DNA of 64,000 bases from an uncultured bacterium (GTDB taxonomy: Bacteria > Patescibacteriota > Patescibacteriia > Patescibacteriales > UBA12465). The position numbers were made by a program, and so were the translations under genes. Below, in pieces: positions 18,505-27,978 of the stretch. The stretch spans positions 345,159-409,158 of the forward strand of contig OW818634.1 in assembly GCA_942492765.1 (NCBI GenBank), in the 5' to 3' direction. Position 1 is the first letter of the stretch, and every line of letters starts with the position of its first letter. The notes beneath the pieces are model-generated. The model was not told where the DNA came from and did no database searches. It worked only from the letters and a program-made list of their open reading frames with translations.

Positions 18505-18579
18505 AAAGGCGGAGAGCTTGGTATTATATTGGAACGCTCGTTAATAATAAAGTTATTGATATTATAGCTTTGGACAAAT

Positions 18580-18612
18580 AAAAAAGGAAGCTCGATGGTT
18601 TTGAACTTCCTC
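18580..18612 (-). terminator. intrinsic terminator after the lipoprotein gene
   Basis: The stem aggaag/cttcct is followed by a T run on the minus strand. Confidence 0.45.
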
Positions 18613-18634
18613 TTAAGAACGTGAACAAATTAGT

Positions 18635-19279
18635 TTAGTACTTTACAATCCCAATTTCGTTTTTAGGGACAATTACGGTGCATCCCCCAATCGGACTGTC
18701 GTGCCACATTATACCCAGCATCATTCTGGTTTCTCCTCCTAACTCTGGAACTACTATTATGGCAACCAACTCTTCCGTCAGATTTCTTTCATATAGAATT
18801 TTACTTTCATCCCTTTTACAAAAGAAGACAATATCTTTTTTAGAATTTTTTATAAAATTCCTATTAGACAGGCAAAATTCCACAACCTGATTCTGAGTCA
18901 ACCATTTCCATTCGTTGTCCAGGGGCAAAGAATAAAAAACGTCCTTCATTTTTTCCGCATTTTCTATTTGATATGCGGCAACTTTTTGCTCGGGAGAGGG
19001 TAATCCGGGGTTTTGACTCATGCCTAATGCTTCATATTCAGCCTTCCATCCGGTATGCCAGGGATAGGCAACCGTTTCCATGGAATTTTGCACGTTTACT
19101 GTGCCGTTCAAAGAACGAAGCAGGCTATTGTCCAGAGTAGCTTCAGGCATCAATTTTGTTTCCACAGATTTCTCTGTTTTTACTGTTGTTGCCGTAGTTG
19201 AGCGATGGCCGGATTTGCTTTCGCAAGATGAAAGAGCGAACAAGCAAACGCATACAAATACAAATGTCAGATTTTTCAT
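18635..19279 (-). CDS. hypothetical lipoprotein (214 aa)
   Basis: The signal peptide has the lipobox L-S-S-C (MKNLTFVFVCVCLFALSSC). Composition is AT-rich. I recognise no family. Confidence 0.55.
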   Translation of the reverse strand: MKNLTFVFVCVCLFALSSCESKSGHRSTTATTVKTEKSVETKLMPEATLDNSLLRSLNGTVNVQNSMETVAYPWHTGWKAEYEALGMSQNPGLPSPEQKVAAYQIENAEKMKDVFYSLPLDNEWKWLTQNQVVEFCLSNRNFIKNSKKDIVFFCKRDESKILYERNLTEELVAIIVVPELGGETRMMLGIMWHDSPIGGCTVIVPKNEIGIVKY

Positions 19280-19763
19280 GATTTTTCCTTTTTTTGTGAA
19301 AGTTAATATTAATTTGATTAATTACTAAATCGGCCTATTTTTAGACAAACTTGGTAATTAATCAAATATAACCTTGTTTTTCAACGAACCATTCAATAAA
19401 CATATTATAGCATATCAGTCAATACTTGTCAAGAGTAAGAAAATATGGCCTATCTCCTAAAAATCAACGTAAATCTGCACGTGCATTTACGTCTATCCCG
19501 CTAGTTTAAAATACCTTTGACCATTCTTTCAGCCGAAAATGGTCAAAACCTGTTTTGCTATAGTCTACAGGTAAATCTTCAGATGAAGTTTCCTGTAAGT
19601 CGGTTTGTTAATATTAAACAAAATATGGTCAATTTCTTGACCTAAATCTTGACCTAAACTTTGTCCAATACCGTTCTGTTATTATTAGATAAATAATACT
19701 TATTTTCTTCCCCTAAACTTACCCCGGAACTTTCGGGAACTATGATTTGCTAATGTAAGATAT

Positions 19764-19839
19764 GGCCGAGGTTCCGTTTTTTTTCTTTCTTCGGCGGATC
19801 CCCCGTAGGGGGAGCCGAAAAAGAAAAACGGACCCGGCC
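19764..19839. other. long imperfect hairpin (~76 nt)
   Basis: The arms ggccgaggttccgttttttttctttcttcggc and gccgaaaaagaaaaacggacccggcc flank a central ccccc-gta-ggggg. Confidence 0.4.
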
Positions 19840-20019
19840 TATATATATTATTAATAGTTAATATATTGACTTGATTATATGCACACTTAAGAACCGGCTC
19901 CCTATATATAATTAACTTGACCATACGCACACACCTAGCCGTCATCACGAAGATTCAACAAAATAATCAACAATATTTAATGGTTATCTTTGTTAAAAAG
20001 AACAGCTAATTAGAAATAT

Positions 20020-21567
20020 ATGAAATACATCCTTTACGCTCGTAAATCCTCGGAAGATAAGAGCAAACAAATCCTATCCCTGGAAAGCCAAGTTTCAGAA
20101 ATGAAAAAACTAGCCTTTAGTTTAGGGTTGGTTATTGATTTGGTTTATACCGAGAGCAAATCTGCCAAACTGCCAAATAATCGGCCGATATTTTTGGAAA
20201 TGGTTAAGCTTTTGGAAAGCGATAACTCGGCCGAGGGCTATGGCATATTGTGTTGGAAAATTGACCGCCTCTCTCGTAATCCAATAGATAGCGGAAAGAT
20301 TCAATGGCTACTCCAACAGGGCAAGATTAAGGCCATTCAGACGAGCGATAGACAATACTTGCCGAGCGACAATGTGCTACTTTTAAACATTGAAGGCTCA
20401 ATGGCTAATCAGTATATTTTGGACTTATCAAAAAATGTTAAGCGTGGAATATTAACCAAGATAGAAAAAGGACTGTGGCCGAACTTCGCCCCGATTGGTT
20501 ATCTAAACGACGGGAAAGGTGGAATCGTGATTGATAAGATAAGGGCGAGATATATCAAGAAAATATTTAAGTTATATTCTACGGGAAACTATACAATGAA
20601 AGAATTGGCTAATTTAATGTATGATAAAGGCTTTAGAAGTCGGAGCGATATTAAATATCATAAAAGCAAAATCTATAAACTAATAAATGATTCTTTCTAT
20701 TGCGGAATTATGAGGTTCCACGGCAAAGAATACGAGGGCAAGCACGAAACGCTGATTTCTAAAAAATTATACGCCGACTGTCAAAAAGTAATGACAGAGA
20801 AACAGCACCCCAAAAAGAAACAACCCCATTTTCATTTTAGAGGATTAATGATTTGCGCCAATTGTGGCTGTCTGCTAACAGCCACACGCAAGAAAAAGAG
20901 ATATGTCTATTACTACTGTACCAATGGCCGAGGCGGATGTAGCGAACATAATCACTACTTAACTGAGAAAGAAGTTATTAATGCCCTGTCTGGCATATTT
21001 GACCGAATGTATATTGACGAGGACGAAATAGAGCGAATGCACGATAACAGCGTTGAATTATTAATTAATCATAATCCGGATAACCAAGAATATTTGGAAT
21101 CTAAAAATCACCTCTTAAATGAGATTAGGAAAAGAGAAAACAGAAAAGAAGAATTATTTAATCTTCGGTTAGACAAGAAGATTAGCTCGGAAGATTATGA
21201 GACAAAAGAGGCTATTATAAAAAACGAGATTAAGGAGTTTAACGATAGTCTGAAAAAACTAGAAAACGAGCAAGAAGTCGTCTTAACTAAAGAGGCTTTG
21301 GAACTCACTAAAAAATTCTTTTTAGCCCCAAAATCAATGAAAAAAGCGTTTTTCAAAATTAGTTTGGACGATAAACAGAAAATGCTAAATCAGATACTTT
21401 GGAACTCCGAAATTGAAAACAAAAAATTAGCTAAGATTAACTTCAAAGAACCCTTTGAAACCCTAGCTAATTGCTCTGAAAATCACGATATTGACAAACT
21501 GCGGAGAGAGAGGGATTCGAACCCTCGGTACCTTGCGGTACACACACTTTCCAGGCGTGCGCACTAG
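20020..21567 (+). CDS. large serine recombinase (resolvase catalytic domain, recombinase domain, zinc ribbon, coiled coil)
   Basis: The start YARKSS...K...SLESQ carries the catalytic Ser region. The zinc ribbon is C.NCGC...19...YYYCTNGRGGC, followed by a long K/E-rich coiled coil. The last 22 codons are antisense to the tRNA. Confidence 0.9.
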   Translation: MKYILYARKSSEDKSKQILSLESQVSEMKKLAFSLGLVIDLVYTESKSAKLPNNRPIFLEMVKLLESDNSAEGYGILCWKIDRLSRNPIDSGKIQWLLQQGKIKAIQTSDRQYLPSDNVLLLNIEGSMANQYILDLSKNVKRGILTKIEKGLWPNFAPIGYLNDGKGGIVIDKIRARYIKKIFKLYSTGNYTMKELANLMYDKGFRSRSDIKYHKSKIYKLINDSFYCGIMRFHGKEYEGKHETLISKKLYADCQKVMTEKQHPKKKQPHFHFRGLMICANCGCLLTATRKKKRYVYYYCTNGRGGCSEHNHYLTEKEVINALSGIFDRMYIDEDEIERMHDNSVELLINHNPDNQEYLESKNHLLNEIRKRENRKEELFNLRLDKKISSEDYETKEAIIKNEIKEFNDSLKKLENEQEVVLTKEALELTKKFFLAPKSMKKAFFKISLDDKQKMLNQILWNSEIENKKLAKINFKEPFETLANCSENHDIDKLRRERDSNPRYLAVHTLSRRAH

Positions 21568-21586
21568 ACCACTATGCGACCTCTCC
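21502..21586 (-). tRNA. tRNA-Ser (anticodon GGA)
   Basis: Reverse complement GGAGAGGTCGCATAGTGG...CACGC-CTGGAAA-GTGTG folds as a cloverleaf. It has a long variable arm, a GAGGG-TTCGAAT-CCCTC T arm and a matching acceptor stem. Confidence 0.9.
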
Positions 21587-21618
21587 AATATCCGCCGTCA
21601 GGCGGAAGTATGTTCTTC

Positions 21619-22320
21619 TTATTTTAATAATCTTTCAACTACGGCCTTCAGCCCTTCGATCTTATCGCCGTTAGAATCGGTGAAATCATCATACGGGCGC
21701 GCTCCCAGGATCATCTCTTCTCCGACAAATATCGTCGGCGCTCCTTTGACCGAATAAGTTTCCGCTTCCTGGACTAACTGTTCTATTTTTACTGATTTTT
21801 GGCTCTTAGTCAAGCAATTCGTAAAATTCCCGGCATCGAGCCCGATCTGCTCGGCATAAGCGCCAAAATTGCCGGCGTTAAGCTGCTTATTGCTAGCTTG
21901 GGCGAACAATAAAGCGCGCATCTCTACCCATTTCCCCCCTTCTCCGGCACAATCAACAGCCGCCTGCGCTTGGCCAGATAAGGAAGAATTCTTAAAATAA
22001 GGGCGGATGACGATGGCGACCTTGTCGCCGGATTCGGCTCGTATCCTATCCAAAGTTTCTGCTAATTTCGCGCTATAGATATTGGCGTAATCTTCATAAA
22101 CAAAAATCTTGAGCGAGGCGTTCGCCGAGCCGAAAATCTTATCTTCCGCTTTCAGCTCCGGATATTTGGAGGACACGAAGCTCTGCGCTTTGGCTTCCGA
22201 CGGCATCCCGACTAAAGGCGAATTCAAGGTGCCGACCTTTTTCGGCCGGATGATCATAGCGATAATGATGACCGCCAGGATGACAGCGGCGGCAATCACA
22301 TACATGTAGATTTTTTTCAT
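21619..22320 (-). CDS. DsbA/BdbD-like thioredoxin-fold protein lacking the CxxC active site
   Basis: It is membrane anchored. Family landmarks are present (A..CA.E.GK...M...LF, F..CL, GAPT.FV). The position of F.D.QCPYC instead reads YEDYANIYS. Confidence 0.6.
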   Translation of the reverse strand: MKKIYMYVIAAAVILAVIIIAMIIRPKKVGTLNSPLVGMPSEAKAQSFVSSKYPELKAEDKIFGSANASLKIFVYEDYANIYSAKLAETLDRIRAESGDKVAIVIRPYFKNSSLSGQAQAAVDCAGEGGKWVEMRALLFAQASNKQLNAGNFGAYAEQIGLDAGNFTNCLTKSQKSVKIEQLVQEAETYSVKGAPTIFVGEEMILGARPYDDFTDSNGDKIEGLKAVVERLLK

Positions 22321-22343
22321 AGAGATATGAAGATTATATATTT

Positions 22344-23780
22344 TTATTCTAAGATGCTAGCTGCTCTTAATATTAGTCCTTCCTTCAAGCGCGGCCCGAT
22401 GAGTTGCGCGCCGATAGGCATGCGCTTCCCTTCTTCGACTTCGACAGTCCCGACTGGAACGGAAATCGCCGGCAAGCCGGCCAAGCTCGCGCCCGTAACA
22501 AATATATCTTCCAGATACATAGCCAATGGATCATTAACGCGTTCCCCGATCTTGAAGGCCGGATGCGGCGAAGTCGGCGTCAATAAAATATCGACTGTCT
22601 TGAAAGCTCTCTCGAAATCCTGAATGATCAGAGTGCGGACGGCCTGCGCTTTCTTATAATACGCCTCATAATAACCGGCGCTGAGAGTGTAGGTCCCGAG
22701 CATAATCCGGCGTTTTGCTTCCGGTCCGAAGCCGGCTCCGCGCGTCGCTTTATAGAATGCCTGCAGATTATCCGCCTCAGTTTTTGCTAGCCCCCAGCCG
22801 ATGCCGTCAAAACGCGCTAAATTAGAGCTGACCTCCGAAGGCGTAATGATATAATAAACCGGGATGCCATATTTAGTATAAGGCAAGCTGAGGTTTATCA
22901 ATTCCGCTCCGGCGGCTTTAAGCTTATCAGCGGCAGCCATTATTCTTGCGGCCACTTCTCTGTCCAAATCTTTCAGATAATATTCTGCCGGCAAGCCGAC
23001 CCTAAGACCTTTTAAGGATTTATGCGCAATCTCTTTCTCATAAGCCTCGATCGCTTCCGGGGCGGTCGTCGCGTCGCGCTCGTCATCACCGGCAATAGCC
23101 TTTAAGACCAGAGCGGCGTCATAAACGGTTTTTGCCAGGGGGCCGACGACGTCGGTAGAAGAGGTCATAGATAATAGGCCGAAACGGGAAACGCGTCCAT
23201 AGCTCGGTTTTAAGCCTATTACGCCACAGAAGCTAGCTGGACAGCGCACCGAACCTCCTGTGTCGGTTCCTAGGGCAAATAAGCACATATTAGCCGCCAC
23301 AGCGGCCGCACTACCACCCGATGATCCCCCGGCTACCCGGCTTAGATCATGAGGGTTCTTAGTCGGACCAAAGGCGGAATTTTCCGTCGAAGCGCCATGA
23401 GCGAATTCATCCAGATTAGTCTTCCCTAACATGACCGCGCCAGCGGCCTTCAGCTTGGCTACCACCGTCGCGTCATAAGGAGCGATATAATTCTCTAAGA
23501 TCTTAGAAGCGGCCGTCGTCCTGATGCCTTTAGTCATTAAAATATCTTTACAGAGATACGGGATGCCAAGCAAGTCGCCGCGTTCGCCAGATTTTATCCG
23601 CTTATCAGCCGCCGCGGCTTCAGCCAAAGCTTCTAGCTCGCAGACAGTCAGACAGGCGTGGATATCCTTATCCGCTTTTTTTATTTTTTCCAGACACGCT
23701 TTCGCTAGATCAACGGCGTTGATTTCTCCGTTATCCAGTTTCGCGCGCGCTTCTTTTATTGTCAGTTCGTTTAAGTTCAT
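22344..23780 (-). CDS. gatA: Asp-tRNA(Asn)/Glu-tRNA(Gln) amidotransferase subunit A
   Basis: The amidase signature GGSSGGSAAAVAA is present with full-length GatA-like order. The start is set at MNLNELTIKE (23778-23780), 4 nt after the gatC stop. The longer ORF-track start overlaps gatC. Confidence 0.92.
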   Translation of the reverse strand: MNLNELTIKEARAKLDNGEINAVDLAKACLEKIKKADKDIHACLTVCELEALAEAAAADKRIKSGERGDLLGIPYLCKDILMTKGIRTTAASKILENYIAPYDATVVAKLKAAGAVMLGKTNLDEFAHGASTENSAFGPTKNPHDLSRVAGGSSGGSAAAVAANMCLFALGTDTGGSVRCPASFCGVIGLKPSYGRVSRFGLLSMTSSTDVVGPLAKTVYDAALVLKAIAGDDERDATTAPEAIEAYEKEIAHKSLKGLRVGLPAEYYLKDLDREVAARIMAAADKLKAAGAELINLSLPYTKYGIPVYYIITPSEVSSNLARFDGIGWGLAKTEADNLQAFYKATRGAGFGPEAKRRIMLGTYTLSAGYYEAYYKKAQAVRTLIIQDFERAFKTVDILLTPTSPHPAFKIGERVNDPLAMYLEDIFVTGASLAGLPAISVPVGTVEVEEGKRMPIGAQLIGPRLKEGLILRAASILE

Positions 23781-23784
23781 AATT

Positions 23785-24072
23785 TTACAAAACTCTCTTA
23801 ACCTTAACCTGCCCGCCTTCCCTCTCGCCTTGATTAAGGGCGGCTTCAGTTTCCTGCTCATCCCAAACATGAACGTCATCGGCGCGCCAGATATCGCTGA
23901 GCCCGCTGACTTGCGCCGTCGGCTCGACATTCTTCGTATTGACTTCATTCAGCTGGCTGATATATTTCAAAATGGAATCGAGCTGGCCGCCGAATTTAGT
24001 CATTTCTTCTTCGCTGAGCTCTAAACGCGACAGTTCGGCGATATGTTTTATCTCTTCTCTAGTGATAGCCAT
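23785..24072 (-). CDS. gatC: Asp-tRNA(Asn)/Glu-tRNA(Gln) amidotransferase subunit C
   Basis: 95-aa ORF. The motif I.HIA.LSRLELSEEE......L..IL.Y...L.EV.T..VEPT is present, and the gene lies directly upstream of gatA. Confidence 0.88.
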   Translation of the reverse strand: MAITREEIKHIAELSRLELSEEEMTKFGGQLDSILKYISQLNEVNTKNVEPTAQVSGLSDIWRADDVHVWDEQETEAALNQGEREGGQVKVKRVL

Positions 24073-24073
24073 A

Positions 24074-26263
<2,190 letters not shown>

Positions 26264-26298
26264 TCAACAAGCCTTTTACGATGTAGAAGATTCTTAAT

Positions 26299-26793
26299 TT
26301 ACAAGATTCTTAAGGGGTCATGATAGCGACTCGTTTTTTTAGGGGCCGACTTACTATCCCAAGGATAATACTTTACTTGGAAATCAAGGACGTACTTCTT
26401 GTTTGCCTGCACTATGATAGTATAGGCGTTCGGAATTCTATTATATCCCAGCGTCTGCGCAGGCCATAATATATTGGATCTTATCCAATATACCGCGATT
26501 ATCCTAACCTTTTTGCCTATGAGAGATTGTGCCTCTGTCCCTCGAAACACTCGAGTAGTTTCAGGGGCGATGTCGATACCGGTGGTATCGCCGCAACTGA
26601 GGTCAGTAACTATGCGGACAATCTTCACGTCGACTACATAATCTGAAGTTACGGGCAGTAATTCTTTTACGGAAAAAGTGAAGGCCACAGTATCTTCAGG
26701 AGCGGTTAAATTAAGCTTGTCAGAAGCATTAATCGTATTCGCGCTGATCATGATAGTCATGATCATAGCCGAAAAAAATAAATTCTTTTTCAT
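26299..26793 (-). CDS. secreted hypothetical protein (AT-rich), likely paralogue of the next gene
   Basis: The ORF is trimmed to MKKNLFFSAMIM and has a signal peptide. Size and layout resemble 26819-27277. Confidence 0.5.
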   Translation of the reverse strand: MKKNLFFSAMIMTIMISANTINASDKLNLTAPEDTVAFTFSVKELLPVTSDYVVDVKIVRIVTDLSCGDTTGIDIAPETTRVFRGTEAQSLIGKKVRIIAVYWIRSNILWPAQTLGYNRIPNAYTIIVQANKKYVLDFQVKYYPWDSKSAPKKTSRYHDPLRIL

Positions 26794-26818
26794 AATTCGT
26801 TCTTTTTCAGATTTCAGA

Positions 26819-27277
26819 TTAAAGTGGATCAAAAGTTATATCAAAATTGAGATCATAACTCTTGTTCTTTTTCACCATGAAGCGCTGGGGCTCGGGATTA
26901 AAATGAGTCTCAAAATACTCACTCCTGGCATAAGGTCTCCATGTATAAACATAGAAAACGTTTAATTCAGGAACAACGGTCACTTCTTGGTCGATTAGCA
27001 TCTTGGCGTTATCTCCTCGGAGAGTTATTGAGGTGCCCGGATTGAGATCGACTTGAAAGAAGTCAGTGCCGTTATCCAAGATAACTTGTATAACATATGA
27101 ATTAGAATAGTATCTATTCCAATCATAAAAGGTCAGAATATTAGCGGAAAGAGTAAATGTTACACTATCCTTCGCTTCCTGGATGATTTTCTCATCCGGG
27201 TTAAAGGAGTCATCCTCCTTGCTGCAGCCGGTAGCGAATATCGCCACTATGACTAAAAAGAAAAGGGTCTTTTTCAT
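26819..27277 (-). CDS. hypothetical lipoprotein (AT-rich)
   Basis: The signal peptide has the lipobox A-T-G-C (MKKTLFFLVIVAIFATGC). Confidence 0.55.
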   Translation of the reverse strand: MKKTLFFLVIVAIFATGCSKEDDSFNPDEKIIQEAKDSVTFTLSANILTFYDWNRYYSNSYVIQVILDNGTDFFQVDLNPGTSITLRGDNAKMLIDQEVTVVPELNVFYVYTWRPYARSEYFETHFNPEPQRFMVKKNKSYDLNFDITFDPL

Positions 27278-27364
27278 GACATATTGATTATTTTAAGGTT
27301 CTTTTTTCACTGTTAACTTTATACAGACATTATATAACATTTATCAGATTTTGTCAACTAAACC

Positions 27365-27393
27365 ACAAAACCCTGCTTTTAACAGGGTTTTGT
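27365..27393 (-). terminator. hairpin acaaaaccctg-cttttaa-cagggttttgt (copy 2 of the repeated hairpin)
   Basis: The stem-loop lies downstream of the 27413 gene. Its 24-nt core differs at one position from 26216-26239. Confidence 0.5.
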
Positions 27394-27412
27394 AAGTAAA
27401 TTTAAGGATTTC

Positions 27413-27634
27413 TTATTCTTTGACGGTCGGAGCAGTCTGTTGACCCTGCCCACTGGCATTATTGATAAAAGTGACGATATCGCTGACAGCCTTAGTGTTT
27501 TGAGAGACGGCTGCCTCGATCTGGGCCATAGCGTTAGCCGCGTTATTTAAGCGAGTATTGAATTGCCAGAAGACCATGACCAAGCCTCCAAGGATAAGAC
27601 CAACAACTAAAGGAAAAACAAATTCTCTTTTCAT
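27413..27634 (-). CDS. small single-pass membrane protein (73 aa)
   Basis: The ORF is trimmed to MKREFVFPLVVGLILGG. One TM segment is followed by a helical tail. It is paralogous to 27690-27896. Confidence 0.45.
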   Translation of the reverse strand: MKREFVFPLVVGLILGGLVMVFWQFNTRLNNAANAMAQIEAAVSQNTKAVSDIVTFINNASGQGQQTAPTVKE

Positions 27635-27689
27635 AGTTTTATTATTTAGTTCGCGGCGAGCAGCAAAAGCGGCCGCCGGACTGGTTATA

Positions 27690-27896
27690 TTATTTTTTGT
27701 TAGTCTGGGCATTGAGGTTGGCATTAAAGAAATTAACGATCGCGGTGATCTTGCTGGAATCTTCGATGGTCGAGGTCTGAACCGCCATCAGCTTCTTCTC
27801 AATCTTATTGATGGAGAGATAGAAATAGACGAACATGACTCCGATAAGCGCTAAGCCGATAATGGTCAGCAACGGACCGATCAATGATTTTTTCAT
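27690..27896 (-). CDS. small single-pass membrane protein (68 aa)
   Basis: MKKSLIGPLLTIIGLALIG is followed by a helical tail. The ...I.....S..I.AIVNF.N pattern is shared with the neighbouring gene. Confidence 0.45.
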   Translation of the reverse strand: MKKSLIGPLLTIIGLALIGVMFVYFYLSINKIEKKLMAVQTSTIEDSSKITAIVNFFNANLNAQTNKK

Positions 27897-27933
27897 AGTA
27901 ATGAAAGAAAATTTAATTTAAGAAACTTTTTCT

Positions 27934-27942
27934 ATTATAACA
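27934..27942 (-). promoter_or_regulatory. extended -10 element (tgttataat)
   Basis: It lies 37 nt upstream of the ATG at 27896. Confidence 0.45.
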
Positions 27943-27978
27943 ATTTCGCAAACAATGGTCAAATATCGAGAGTAACGA

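Larger units (their letters stand above)
18570..21501 (+). mobile_element. candidate ~3-kb integrated element at tRNA-Ser(GGA): lipoprotein cargo, 740-nt motif-rich non-coding region and a large serine recombinase
   Basis: The stretch is visibly AT-richer than its flanks. A recombinase gene abuts and overlaps the tRNA 3' end. The left boundary is not defined by sequence and lies somewhere between 18505 and 18580. Confidence 0.45.

Noticed and set aside
18509-18516. 8-nt match (gcggagag) to the tRNA-Ser(GGA) 3' end, considered as the left attachment-site repeat of the recombinase element.
   Set aside because: An 8-mer match in ~3 kb can arise by chance. A TATAAT at 18561-18566, plausibly serving the Ham1-like gene, lies to its right. 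Large serine recombinases also do not require long att identity. The boundary is left open.
19700-19948. 82-aa minus-strand ORF in the non-coding region of the recombinase element.
   Set aside because: It is built largely from the two arms of the 76-nt hairpin (FFFGSPYGGSAEERKK). It has no RBS or promoter, so it is more likely a structural or regulatory DNA or RNA element.
23781-23948. N-terminal extensions in the ORF track: gatA from 23948, pilB from 48749, the kinase from 14023, FemAB-like from 45000, the pilin from 45520 and PadR from 9999.
   Set aside because: The extensions overlap the upstream gene or consist of basic low-complexity sequence. Internal ATGs give family-typical N-termini and tight gene junctions.
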